Assembly (NCBI GenBank): GCA_022844165.1
Contig: JALHMH010000003.1
Location: 64,001 to 128,000, forward strand
Origin: Lysobacterales bacterium
GTDB taxonomy: Bacteria > Pseudomonadota > Gammaproteobacteria > Xanthomonadales > SZUA-5
Length of the DNA: 64,000 bases
Reading direction: 5' to 3'
The notes beneath the pieces were generated by a model. The model ran no database searches, was not told where the DNA came from, and saw only the letters and a program-made list of their open reading frames with translations. Of the stretch, positions 54,914 through 64,000 are shown piece by piece. The position numbers and the translations under genes were made by a program. Every line of letters starts with the position of its first letter. Positions within the stretch are counted from its first letter, which is position 1.

Positions 54914-55825
54914 TCAGACCGCCTGGGCCGGATGCGCGTAAGAAATCGGTACCTCTTCGGGACGATCGAAAACGACCTCTTCCCAGGCACTCTCGTCGGC
55001 CACGAGGGCTCGCAAGAGCTTGTTGTTCAGGAAATGACCGGACTTGTGCCCGTAGAACGCGCCGATCAGGCTGTGCCCTAACAAGTACAAGTCGCCGATC
55101 GCATCCAGGATCTTGTGTTTGACAAACTCATCTTCGTAGCGCAAGCCGTCTTCGTTGAGCACGCGGTAGTCGTCGAGCACAATGGCGTTGTCCATTGAAC
55201 CGCCGAGCACCAGGTTCCGCTCACGCAGCATCTCCAGATCGCGCATGAAACCGAAGGTCCGGGCGCGGCTCACTTCTTTGACGAACGAGGTCGTCGAAAA
55301 ATCAATCTCCGCGGAACACGAGCGTTGCGAGAACGCCGGGTGATCGAACTCAATCGAGAATCCCACCTTGAACCCATCGAATGGTTCGAAACGAGCCCAC
55401 TTGTCGCCGTCGCGAACGACAATCTCTTTGCGGATCCGAATAAAGCGTTTGTGCGCATCCTGCTCTTCGATACCGGCAGATTGAAGCAAAAATACGAACG
55501 GGCCAGCGCTGCCGTCCATGATCGGCACTTCGGCAGCCGACAAATCGACATAGGCGTTATCGATACCCAGGCCCGCAAACGCACTCAAGAGGTGCTCGAT
55601 CGTCTGCACGCGCACGCCGTCTTTGACGAGTGCCGTCGACAGGGAGGTATCGCCGACGTTTTCGGCGCGTGCCAGGAGACAGACCGGATCTTTAAGATCG
55701 GTGCGACGAAACACAATGCCCGTGTTGACGGCAGCCGGCCGAAGCGTCATGTAGACCTTCTGGCCCGAATGAATACCTACGCCCGTTGCGCGAATGACGT
55801 TCTTCAACGTGCGTTGTCGAATCAT
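54914..55825 (-). CDS. lpxC: UDP-3-O-acyl-GlcNAc deacetylase
   Basis: [34 protein letters not shown] and KSGH motifs. Confidence 0.98.
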   Translation of the reverse strand: MIRQRTLKNVIRATGVGIHSGQKVYMTLRPAAVNTGIVFRRTDLKDPVCLLARAENVGDTSLSTALVKDGVRVQTIEHLLSAFAGLGIDNAYVDLSAAEVPIMDGSAGPFVFLLQSAGIEEQDAHKRFIRIRKEIVVRDGDKWARFEPFDGFKVGFSIEFDHPAFSQRSCSAEIDFSTTSFVKEVSRARTFGFMRDLEMLRERNLVLGGSMDNAIVLDDYRVLNEDGLRYEDEFVKHKILDAIGDLYLLGHSLIGAFYGHKSGHFLNNKLLRALVADESAWEEVVFDRPEEVPISYAHPAQAV

Positions 55826-55952
55826 CGTGGAGGTCTACCTGGGGTGATACGGCGGCAGGAGGCTATCACACGGGTTTGGCGGAGAAAAGACATCCGCTGC
55901 GATTGGCGCAACAAAGTGTTGCGCCAATGCGACAAAGCGGCCAAACGTGGCG

Positions 55953-57638
55953 CTACTTTGTTGCCTCAATGCGCTTGGTGATAACCACCTGCTGGATCAG
56001 GCCCAGCACGCCGTTCGCCAGCCAGTACAGAACCAGCCCTGCCGGAAAGATCGCGAACATCACACCCATGATCAGCGGCATCGTTTGAAAGATGCGTTTC
56101 TGGATGGGATCCATGCCGGGCATCGGCGTGAGTTTTTGCGTGTACCACATCACTGCGGCGTTCAAGATCGGCAACACATACAGCGGATCGCGCACGGACA
56201 GGTCCTGAATCCACCCAAAGAACGGCGCCTGACGCAGCTCCACCGCTTCGAAGATCACCCAGTACAAGGCAAAGAACACTGGCAATTGCAGCAATAGCGG
56301 CAGACATCCGCCCAGAGGGTTGACCTTTTCTTGCTTAAAGAGGTCCATCTGCGCCTGCGCCATCTTCTGGCGATCATCGCCGTAGCGTTCTTTCAGCGCC
56401 TCAAGACGCGGCTGCAGCTTGCGCATTCTGGCCATCGAGCGGTACTGCGACTCGCTCAAACGATAAAACGCCAGTTTCACCAGCAATGTCAGCAGGATGA
56501 TGGCGACCCCCCAGTTGCCAACCAGCTTGTACAGCCAGCTCATCAACCAAAAAAGCGGCGCCGCGATGAACGCAATAATTCCGTAGTCGACTGTGTACTG
56601 CAGACCCTCGGCGACGTTCGGCAGCGCTTCCTGCAGTTTTGGACCTAAGTAAAGCGATGCGCCCACGCTGGCCGAAGCGCCTGGCGCTACTTTCAGCACT
56701 GGCGTCATTTGTCGCATGACATAGCGCGGATTGGCGGTGCCTGCGTCGAGTATTGCGGTGGAGTAAGTCGTTTGCTCGTTTTTGCCAGGTACAAAGGCGC
56801 CCACAAAATAGTGTTGCTGCATCGCCGACCAGCCGCCCGCGACTGTTCTGGAATACGGCGTATCGGCGAAGTCGCCGAAGGGCAGTTTCTGGAAGTACTC
56901 ATCGGGCGTATAAACCGCCGCGCCGACATAAGCGTAAAGCTCCGGATCATTGAATGCGAACATGCTCGGTGCCGGCGGCGGCACGCGCAACATCTGCCGG
57001 TATTGGCTGCCGCTCCACTCGCTGGCACTTTGGTTGTCGACCTCATGGCGCACGCCCACCACAAAACTGCCCCGCGCCAGCGTCAATACCTTGCGCACCA
57101 GGATCCCGTCCGGGTCTCGCCAGGTGAACGGCACGTCCAAGGTGGACTGGCCTTCGGCGAGCGCGAAACGATCGCCTTCGATCTCGAACTGCGCATTGTG
57201 ATCCGGCGCCGACCGGCTGGACGACACCAAACCCGACTGCACGACGAACAGGCGGCTTGGGTCTTCATTCAGTAGCTTAACCGGCGCGTTTTTCTGTTGC
57301 AGACTGAGCGGGTAGGTCAGCAGTTCGGCAATCCGAATTTCCGCCCCACGGGTCGAAACCGTCAAACGCAATACGTCGTTCTCGATCGTGACGCGACGGT
57401 CAGAAGCGGCCTGGGCTGGCACCATCGGCGCTTCGGGCGACGAGGACATCGTCGGCGCCGCCGGCACACCATCGCTGACCGCCGGCGCCACTGGGACGTC
57501 GCCGCCCGAACCCACAGGCCCTGCCTCGGCAGACTGCGGCTCTTGTGGTCGCGGCCCGTAGTCGCGTTGCCAGGCAGCCCATAACTGCATGCCCACCAAT
57601 GCAATACCCAGCAGCAAGAAAATTCTCAAATTACTCAT
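55953..57638 (-). CDS. yidC: Membrane protein insertase
   Basis: QHYF, VDYG, GNWGVAII, NPLGGCLP and PAGLVLYW motifs. Confidence 0.97.
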   Translation of the reverse strand: MSNLRIFLLLGIALVGMQLWAAWQRDYGPRPQEPQSAEAGPVGSGGDVPVAPAVSDGVPAAPTMSSSPEAPMVPAQAASDRRVTIENDVLRLTVSTRGAEIRIAELLTYPLSLQQKNAPVKLLNEDPSRLFVVQSGLVSSSRSAPDHNAQFEIEGDRFALAEGQSTLDVPFTWRDPDGILVRKVLTLARGSFVVGVRHEVDNQSASEWSGSQYRQMLRVPPPAPSMFAFNDPELYAYVGAAVYTPDEYFQKLPFGDFADTPYSRTVAGGWSAMQQHYFVGAFVPGKNEQTTYSTAILDAGTANPRYVMRQMTPVLKVAPGASASVGASLYLGPKLQEALPNVAEGLQYTVDYGIIAFIAAPLFWLMSWLYKLVGNWGVAIILLTLLVKLAFYRLSESQYRSMARMRKLQPRLEALKERYGDDRQKMAQAQMDLFKQEKVNPLGGCLPLLLQLPVFFALYWVIFEAVELRQAPFFGWIQDLSVRDPLYVLPILNAAVMWYTQKLTPMPGMDPIQKRIFQTMPLIMGVMFAIFPAGLVLYWLANGVLGLIQQVVITKRIEATK

Positions 57639-57700
57639 CGCGTCGACAGTTCCTGGTTCTGCGGCTCGGTTACCCTTGATTGCTCAGCGGCCAACTGAGG

Positions 57701-58048
57701 TCACAGGGTCATCTGCAGTCTCGCAAACAGCGCATCGAGATCGGCTCGCAACGACCGACGGTCGCCGCGGCTGACTTCGCGCCCTGGTGCGATCACAATA
57801 TCCACACTCGGCAGACGTTCCCTGGCCTGCCGAAAGGCCTCGCGACCCAAACGCTTGACAAGATTGCGGTCGTGGGCGGCCGGCAGATGCTTCTTGCCAA
57901 CGGCAAACCCAATGCGCGCGGATTGAAGTCCGTTGGCATGCACGACAGCCATAAAAAAACGGCCGCGTTCACGGCGGCCGAGTTGAAACGTTGCGTCGAA
58001 TTCTTCAGGCTTCAGCAGTCGGACGCTGCGCGGAAAGGCGCGCGACAC
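57701..58048 (-). CDS. rnpA: Ribonuclease P protein component
   Basis: FPRSVRLL...F, RIGFAVGKK, AHDRNLVKRLGREAFR (RNR-like motif). Confidence 0.93.
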   Translation of the reverse strand: MSRAFPRSVRLLKPEEFDATFQLGRRERGRFFMAVVHANGLQSARIGFAVGKKHLPAAHDRNLVKRLGREAFRQARERLPSVDIVIAPGREVSRGDRRSLRADLDALFARLQMTL

Positions 58049-58071
58049 AGCAACGAAGCCCCGGCGCGCGG

Positions 58072-58206
58072 TTAAGGAATGAGCTTGTGGCGGCCTTTCG
58101 CACGGCGGCGGTTCAGCACCGCTCGACCAGTCTTAGTGGCCATGCGAGCGCGAAACCCATGGGTACGAGCTCTCTTGAGATTACTGGGCTGAAACGTGCG
58201 CTTCAC
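58072..58206 (-). CDS. rpmH: 50S ribosomal protein L34
   Basis: GTG start with GGAG RBS; (M)[38 protein letters not shown]. Confidence 0.98.
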   Translation of the reverse strand: MKRTFQPSNLKRARTHGFRARMATKTGRAVLNRRRAKGRHKLIP

Positions 58207-58253
58207 GGCAACTCCAACGAAATGAGCGAAGAAAAGAGCGGCATAGTAGCGGT

Positions 58254-59801
58254 ATGAACCTTGGCAAGTCAAAATTTCGCGGCTGGCGGTTAAGCATCGC
58301 GCTGGGTTGGATGTTGTTGGGCGCCTGCGCCCACATCGACTGGCGCGCGCAACCACAATCTGCATTGCCATCCGCGGCGGACGGCGAGATCGCGGCGAAC
58401 GTGGCGGCAATGAACCTCTCCAAGGGAGAGTCCAGCTTTCGATTGTTGCAGTCCAATAGCGACTCGCTGTTGCTCAAACTGGGCACGGCCGAACGTGCGA
58501 CGACCAGCCTGGACTTGCTCTATTACATGTGGCACAACGATGTCAGCGGGCAATTGCTCGCGGCCGAGGTGCTGCGCGCCGCCGACCGCGGCGTGCGCAT
58601 ACGCCTGTTAGTCGACGACACCTATCTGCGCGGTCTTGACCCCACCCTGAAGGTCATCGATAGACACGAGAACATCGAAATTCGCGTGTACAACCCCTAT
58701 CGCACGCGCGCCAACGTCTCGCTCAACGTATTCGAATTTGTGTTCACCGGCTTTCGGCCCAATCACCGAATGCATAACAAAGCCTGGATCGCCGATGGTC
58801 TGGTCGCGATCGTCGGCGGACGCAATATTGGCGATGAGTACTTTGGACTCGATGAGGGCTTTCACTTTCGGGACCTGGGCGTGCTGCTGACGGGCGAGGC
58901 AGCCACGGAAGCACAACTGGATTTCGATGCATACTGGAACGCATCGGTGGTGGTGCCGATCGCAGCTATCGAAGATGAGGTCCCGTCGAATCCGACGCTG
59001 GCACAAGCCAGGGAAACGCTGGAGGCCAGCCGCAGCCGCACCATCGCCGATGGTACCGTGGCCGCGCTGCACGCGTCGCCGCTGGTCGCGTCGTTGGGTA
59101 AGAGCGGGATGCATCGGGGCACGGCCGCCCTGATTTCGGATCCGGCCGATAAGTGGCTTCGCAACGACAAGGCGCCGGTCGGTGTCGCCGCAACCTTGGA
59201 GCGGACCATCGACCGTGCGGAGCGGGAAGTGATTTTGATCTCGCCTTATTTTGTGCCCGGCCAACGAGGCGCCAGATGGCTGGCATCGCTGGAGAAACGC
59301 GGTGTGCAAGTCAAGGTATTGACCAATTCGCTTAACGCCACGGACGTCGCCGCCGTACACGGCGGTTATGCCCGGTACCGCAAGCGTCTACTGAAAGCCG
59401 GCATCGAAATCCACGAGCTGAAGCGCACGGCGGGCGCGCTGCCGATGGAGTCTTCGTTCCGCGGATCCTCGCGCGCCAGCCTGCATACCAAGGCGGCCAT
59501 CATCGACGGCGAGATCTCGTTCGTAGGTTCCTATAACCTCGATCCGCGCTCCATGTGGCTCAATACCGAAATGGGCGTGCTGATCGACGATGCGGCCTTC
59601 GCCAGACAAGTGCGCGAACACTACGAACTGGCCCTGCTTCCCGGTGCCAGCTTCGAACTTGGCCTCGACGGAAGTCGCCTTGTTTGGACGGAAATCAAAG
59701 ACGGCAAGGTTGTCACACACTACCGCGAGCCAACACGCAGCTGGTCGCGACGCATCGTCAGTTTTCTGGCGCGGGTTCTGCCGGTGGAGCGGCACTTGTA
59801 G
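58254..59801 (+). CDS. Phospholipase D-family protein (ClsC/YmdC-like cardiolipin synthase), probable lipoprotein
   Basis: LGAC lipobox, [10 protein letters not shown]...[19 protein letters not shown]...GSYNLDPRS and TNSLNATDV motifs. Confidence 0.9.
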   Translation: MNLGKSKFRGWRLSIALGWMLLGACAHIDWRAQPQSALPSAADGEIAANVAAMNLSKGESSFRLLQSNSDSLLLKLGTAERATTSLDLLYYMWHNDVSGQLLAAEVLRAADRGVRIRLLVDDTYLRGLDPTLKVIDRHENIEIRVYNPYRTRANVSLNVFEFVFTGFRPNHRMHNKAWIADGLVAIVGGRNIGDEYFGLDEGFHFRDLGVLLTGEAATEAQLDFDAYWNASVVVPIAAIEDEVPSNPTLAQARETLEASRSRTIADGTVAALHASPLVASLGKSGMHRGTAALISDPADKWLRNDKAPVGVAATLERTIDRAEREVILISPYFVPGQRGARWLASLEKRGVQVKVLTNSLNATDVAAVHGGYARYRKRLLKAGIEIHELKRTAGALPMESSFRGSSRASLHTKAAIIDGEISFVGSYNLDPRSMWLNTEMGVLIDDAAFARQVREHYELALLPGASFELGLDGSRLVWTEIKDGKVVTHYREPTRSWSRRIVSFLARVLPVERHL

Positions 59802-59839
59802 CCTGCGATAAACGGGCCGCGACGGCGGTCGCTGGGCAC

Positions 59840-60124
59840 CTATAAGAGGCTATGACGAATTGCCGCGGCGGCTTGTTCATCGAGCGCATCATTGCGCGGG
59901 AATTGCAGGTGATATCCGAGTTTGTCGATGTTCGCGATGACCACTGCCGCCTCGACCTGGGCCAGTTTACGTTCGGGCGTCAAGACGAAGCGTAGTGATT
60001 CGCACAACTCGCCGAGCGCCTGCCTGAGCGCCGTCGGGAGCTTCTCCAGCGCGGCGGCATCGCGTACGTAAACATACGCGCCGAGACGCTTCTCGCTGCG
60101 AAACACGATGCACTCAAGGCTCAT
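59840..60124 (-). CDS. ycgL: YcgL domain protein
   Basis: CIVFRSEKR...YVYV...LP..L...LTPERKLAQ...GYHLQFP. ATGA overlap with the GT2 stop. Confidence 0.85.
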   Translation of the reverse strand: MSLECIVFRSEKRLGAYVYVRDAAALEKLPTALRQALGELCESLRFVLTPERKLAQVEAAVVIANIDKLGYHLQFPRNDALDEQAAAAIRHSLL

Positions 60125-60858
60125 TCCTCGATCACCTCTGCCATGGACGATCGGCGTCGCAGCCACATCACGCCTGCGATATCGACGAGGCCCACCCACA
60201 GTCGATCCCAAATGCCGTACTTGCTCACGCCGCCGGTGCGTGGTCGATGGCTGACCGCCACACTTTGCACCTGAAAGCCAGCACGCTGAAACAGTGCTGG
60301 CAGAAAGCGATGCATGTGGCTGAAGTATGGCAAGTCCAGGAACACCGCGCGCTGAAACAATTTCAAGCCACATCCGGTGTCTGGTGTGGCATCGCCCAGC
60401 GCAGCGCTGCGTGTCGCGTTGGCGATCTTCGACGACAGACGCCTGATCGCATGATCGTGGCGCCGTGAGCGCCAACCGGCAAACAGCCCCATTGTCGCCG
60501 ATGCCTCGTCGCGCGCTGTCAGCAAAGTGACGATATCCGCCGGATCATTCTGTCCATCGCCATCCAGCGTGACGACCCAAACCGCTCGGGCAGCCTTGAC
60601 GCCATTGCGCAGCGCGGTGCTCTGGCCAGCCCGCTGCAGATGGCGGATGACGCGTAACCAGGGATGCTCGCGTTTGAGCGACCGCAGCACCTGCAACGTA
60701 TCGTCGTTGCTGGCGTCGTCGACAAATATCACCTCGTAGTCGATGGCGGTACTGCGCATCGCCGCCATGATCTCGAAGAACAACGGCGCGACGTTGTCGC
60801 GCTCGTTGTGCACCGGGACGACCACCGAAAGTTGCACAGCATCGGTGCCGCCCGACAT
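60121..60858 (-). CDS. GT2 glycosyltransferase (DPM1/polyprenol-phosphate glycosyltransferase-like)
   Basis: SVVVPVHNE, VDDASND, LDGDGQNDP, DTGCGLK, HRFLP and HRPR..G.SKY motifs. Confidence 0.92.
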   Translation of the reverse strand: MSGGTDAVQLSVVVPVHNERDNVAPLFFEIMAAMRSTAIDYEVIFVDDASNDDTLQVLRSLKREHPWLRVIRHLQRAGQSTALRNGVKAARAVWVVTLDGDGQNDPADIVTLLTARDEASATMGLFAGWRSRRHDHAIRRLSSKIANATRSAALGDATPDTGCGLKLFQRAVFLDLPYFSHMHRFLPALFQRAGFQVQSVAVSHRPRTGGVSKYGIWDRLWVGLVDIAGVMWLRRRSSMAEVIEE

Positions 60859-60861
60859 CGG

Positions 60862-62364
60862 TTATTTCACTCCATGCATCAGTTTGTTGAGCAAGGGCGC
60901 GGTGAAGAAATACAGCGCACCGATGATCAGGCCGATCCAAAACAGCTGCATGAAGACGGCGCTATATTGCAAGATGCCGCTGGCTTCGCCATGGCCGCCA
61001 CCGCCGCCGCCCGTGGCGAAGTACGAGATCACGCCGGCCGCGTAATTGCCGCCAGCGATCGCCAGGAACCAGCCGCCCATCGCCAGCCCCGTTTCTTCTG
61101 GCCGCGCCAGCTTCGTCACCATCGATAGTCCGATCGGCGACAAACACAGTTCGGCGAGCGTGTGGATGAGATAGCACAGGGTCAACATGGTCCAGGAAAT
61201 CTTGCCGTTCGCATCCTGCATATTTCCAATAGCAAACACCAGGATGTAGAAGCCAACGGCGACGCCGACGAGTCCAAGCGCAAATTTGCGCGGAATGGAC
61301 GGGTTGACATTGGAACGATCCAGCGCCGGCCACATCATGGCAAACACCGGCGCGAACATGATGATGAAAATCGCGTTCACCGACTGGAAGATGGTGAAAG
61401 CGGGCGTCCAGCCGAAAATGGTGGGCATGTTCACATAGTCGCGCGCCAGGAAGTTCAGCGACGATCCTGCCTGTTCGAACAGCGCCCAGAACAAGGAACA
61501 GGCCAGGAACAGCGACAGCATGGCGATGTAACGATGCAACTGCTCTTTGCTGCCGCTCTTGATGCCGCTGTAGACAAACCAGACGATCATGGCGGCCATC
61601 ATCACCAGCAAAAGCGTGCCGAGGATCTCGCTCTGGTCGAGCAGGAAGTACACCGGCACAACCATCAACACGGCTGCAATCAGCACTTGTACCAGGGGCA
61701 TCGGGCCCTCTTTGCCCTTAGGTGCCGTGCCAACATGACCCAACCAGGCGCGCAGACCATGAAACACCGCAAGTCCGAGCACCATTCCGACACCAGCGGT
61801 GAGAAATCCCCAGCGGTAGCCATACTTCTCGCCAATCAACCCTGCGCAGACGATGGGCGCCAGTGCGGCGCCCGCATTGATGCCCATGTAGAAGATCGTG
61901 AAACCGGAATCGCGACGCACATCGGCGGGCGCATAAAGCTTGCCTACCATTGTTGAGATATTCGGCTTGAACATGCCGTTGCCGACAATGACCACGGCCA
62001 GGCCCATCAAAAATGTGGGCAAGTCGGGCGCCATCAGCATGAACATGCCCACCGACATCATCGCGCCGCCGAGCATGATCGAGCGCTGGTAACCGAGAAT
62101 GCGATCGGCGACAAACCCACCGAGAATGCCGGTCATGTACACCATTGATGTGAAGCCGCCATAGGTCAAACTGGCTTGCGCGTCTGCCTGATCGCCCATA
62201 TGCGCAAAAAACGCCGCCGCAACGTGTACCGCCAGCATGGCGCGCATGCCGTAGAACATGAACCTTTCCCAGAACTCGGACATGAACAAGTTCCAGAGCG
62301 CTTTGGGATGCCCCAGAACTTCGCCGGGCGGCGGTGGGATGAACTGGTTGGGCACGCCGCTCAT
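60862..62364 (-). CDS. POT/PTR-family proton-dependent oligopeptide transporter
   Basis: EFWERFMFYG (ExxERF), GNGMFKPNIS, FYMGINAG and ELCLSPIGLS. Start MSGVPN at 62364. Confidence 0.95.
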   Translation of the reverse strand: MSGVPNQFIPPPPGEVLGHPKALWNLFMSEFWERFMFYGMRAMLAVHVAAAFFAHMGDQADAQASLTYGGFTSMVYMTGILGGFVADRILGYQRSIMLGGAMMSVGMFMLMAPDLPTFLMGLAVVIVGNGMFKPNISTMVGKLYAPADVRRDSGFTIFYMGINAGAALAPIVCAGLIGEKYGYRWGFLTAGVGMVLGLAVFHGLRAWLGHVGTAPKGKEGPMPLVQVLIAAVLMVVPVYFLLDQSEILGTLLLVMMAAMIVWFVYSGIKSGSKEQLHRYIAMLSLFLACSLFWALFEQAGSSLNFLARDYVNMPTIFGWTPAFTIFQSVNAIFIIMFAPVFAMMWPALDRSNVNPSIPRKFALGLVGVAVGFYILVFAIGNMQDANGKISWTMLTLCYLIHTLAELCLSPIGLSMVTKLARPEETGLAMGGWFLAIAGGNYAAGVISYFATGGGGGGHGEASGILQYSAVFMQLFWIGLIIGALYFFTAPLLNKLMHGVK

Positions 62365-62564
62365 GGCAATCTCCGGGTTCAGATGGCGCGACGAACCCGG
62401 CGCCGAATCGGGCCGCGCACATCTAGCGGAGTGTGATGGCCGCGTCAACTGCTGGTGATGGAAGAGTGTTGGTTCGGCGCATCGCGGCATCGCGTATCTT
62501 TCGGCTGTTGGTTCCTACGAACCGCGCCCTGCCAATTGCAACCATCGATTCATCACCAACGAAC

Positions 62565-64000
62565 ATGCTCGGCATCGATCTCGGCACTACCAATTCGCTG
62601 GCGGCGGTTTTCGTCGATGGCCGAACCCAACTGATCCAGAACACACTCGGCCACGTGATGACGCCATCGGCCGTCAGCGTCGATGCATCGGGCACGGTCC
62701 TGGTGGGCCTGGCCGCCCGCGAGCGGCACGCCACGGCGCCGCAAGACACGGCATTGGCGTTCAAGCGTTACATGGGCACAGATCATGTGGTGAAACTCCA
62801 GGGTCAGAAGTTTCGCAGCGAGGAGCTATCGGCGCTGGTGTTGCGTGCGCTCAAGGCCGACGCCGAAGCACATCTGGGCCATACCGTCGAAGAGGCGGTG
62901 ATTACGGTACCGGCGTACTTCAACCAGTTGCAGCGCAAGGCCACCCAGACGGCAGCGACGCTGGCGGGTTTGAAAGTGGCGCGACTGCTGAACGAACCCA
63001 CCGCCGCCGGGCTGGCGTACGGTTTGCAAGAGCGAGCCGACCACACCACGTTTCTGGTGTTCGATTTGGGCGGCGGCACCTTCGACGTGTCGGTGCTCGA
63101 GTACTTCGACGGGGTTGTGCAGGTGCGCGCGAGCGCCGGCGATACGCGACTGGGGGGCGAAGATTTCGTGCGCGCGCTGCTCGACAGCGCGTTGTCGACA
63201 GCGAAGCTGAGCGCTGTGCACAAAGAAAAACTGCGCAGCAACGGGCATGCGCTCCGCGCGGCAGAACAAGCCAAACGCGATTTGAGCGATCGCGTCGAGG
63301 CGATCTTGCAACTGCCCGGCGGCGACCCGCAAACCATCAGCCGCGAGGCCTTCGAGGCGGCGTGCAGCGAGCTGATGCTGCGGCTGCGCCGACCGATCGA
63401 ACGCGCGCTTGGCGACGCTCGCCTGAACTCTGGAGAACTCGGTGAAATCGTTCTGGTCGGCGGCGCGACGCGCATGCCAATGATCCGTCATGCGGTCACG
63501 CGCCTCTTTGGCAAACTGCCGTTGCGCACGATCAATCCGGACGAGACGATCGCGCGCGGTGCGGCGATCCAGGCAGCGTTGCTGTCGCGAGACGCGGCGC
63601 TGGAAGAGGTGGTGCTCACTGACGTCATGCCGTACTCACTCGGCCTCGGTATCGTCGACGACCGCTTTTCGCCGATCATCGAGCGCAACATGCCGGTGCC
63701 AGTGTCGCGCGTCGGTCGTTACCACACGATTCGAGATCACCAGACGCAGCTGGATCTGGACATTTGCCAAGGCGAATCGCCCATCGCGAGCGAAAATTTG
63801 CAGCTACAGCGCGTGAGCGTGAGCGTGCCCTCATTGCCCAAAGGCGAAGCGATGGTCGACGTGCGCTTCACCTACGATGCCAATGGGCTGCTGGTGGTTG
63901 ACGTGGCGGATGTGCGGACTGGCGAAGTGACGAATGTGGTCATCCAACAGCGCGAACATGAGCTGGTTGGTGAGGCACTGGCGCAAGCGCTCAAGGCACT
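62565..64000 (+). CDS. hscC: Hsp70-family chaperone, HscC-like (runs off the window)
   Basis: Not in the ORF track because it is open-ended. Hand translation: [71 protein letters not shown]. Confidence 0.88.
   Translation, partial: MLGIDLGTTNSLAAVFVDGRTQLIQNTLGHVMTPSAVSVDASGTVLVGLAARERHATAPQDTALAFKRYMGTDHVVKLQGQKFRSEELSALVLRALKADAEAHLGHTVEEAVITVPAYFNQLQRKATQTAATLAGLKVARLLNEPTAAGLAYGLQERADHTTFLVFDLGGGTFDVSVLEYFDGVVQVRASAGDTRLGGEDFVRALLDSALSTAKLSAVHKEKLRSNGHALRAAEQAKRDLSDRVEAILQLPGGDPQTISREAFEAACSELMLRLRRPIERALGDARLNSGELGEIVLVGGATRMPMIRHAVTRLFGKLPLRTINPDETIARGAAIQAALLSRDAALEEVVLTDVMPYSLGLGIVDDRFSPIIERNMPVPVSRVGRYHTIRDHQTQLDLDICQGESPIASENLQLQRVSVSVPSLPKGEAMVDVRFTYDANGLLVVDVADVRTGEVTNVVIQQREHELVGEALAQALKA

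Noticed and set aside
1-64000. CRISPR arrays, rRNA/tRNA genes, integrases, transposases, prophage or anti-phage defence genes
   Set aside because: None seen by eye anywhere in the window.

Overview
GC-rich gammaproteobacterial chromosome segment; the gene content looks Xanthomonadales-like (inference). Left flank (1-12.3 kb): the 5' part of the dcw cluster on the minus strand (mraZ-rsmH-ftsL-ftsI-murE-murF) with its MraZ-box promoter, a soluble lytic transglycosylase, two small genes and a divergent hutF/hutI pair. Centre (about 12.4-44.6 kb): a ~32 kb, visibly less GC-biased hybrid lipopeptide biosynthetic cluster. It encodes a MacB/ADOP-type permease, a FAAL-ACP*-KS-AT-DH*-ER*-KR-ACP PKS, a PvdE/SyrD exporter, a type II thioesterase, two NRPSs (C-A-T-C-A-T and C-A-T-C-A-T-TE; hand-read codes suggest Lys-like, Leu-like, Ala, Leu-like), an Asp/Asn-beta-hydroxylase-family dioxygenase, a divergent DapF-fold epimerase, an Sfp-type PPTase, a LysR regulator and a small membrane protein. 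I do not recognise the cluster as a characterised one. Its oddities are a loading ACP without the phosphopantetheine Ser, dead DH/ER domains, a ~1.41 kb near-identical internal A-domain duplication, a MinD-like amphipathic helix before the TE, a translationally coupled 44-aa ORF and a multi-hairpin MITE-like insert. Right flank (44.8-64 kb): housekeeping and signalling genes in a noticeably reshuffled order (CrbS-like kinase, DUF4390-NtrY-like kinase, lone dctQ, kef, M23-DciA-lpxC, yidC-rnpA-rpmH without dnaA, a PLD, ycgL, GT2, POT transporter, partial hscC). All calls come from reading motifs by eye; no searches were run.
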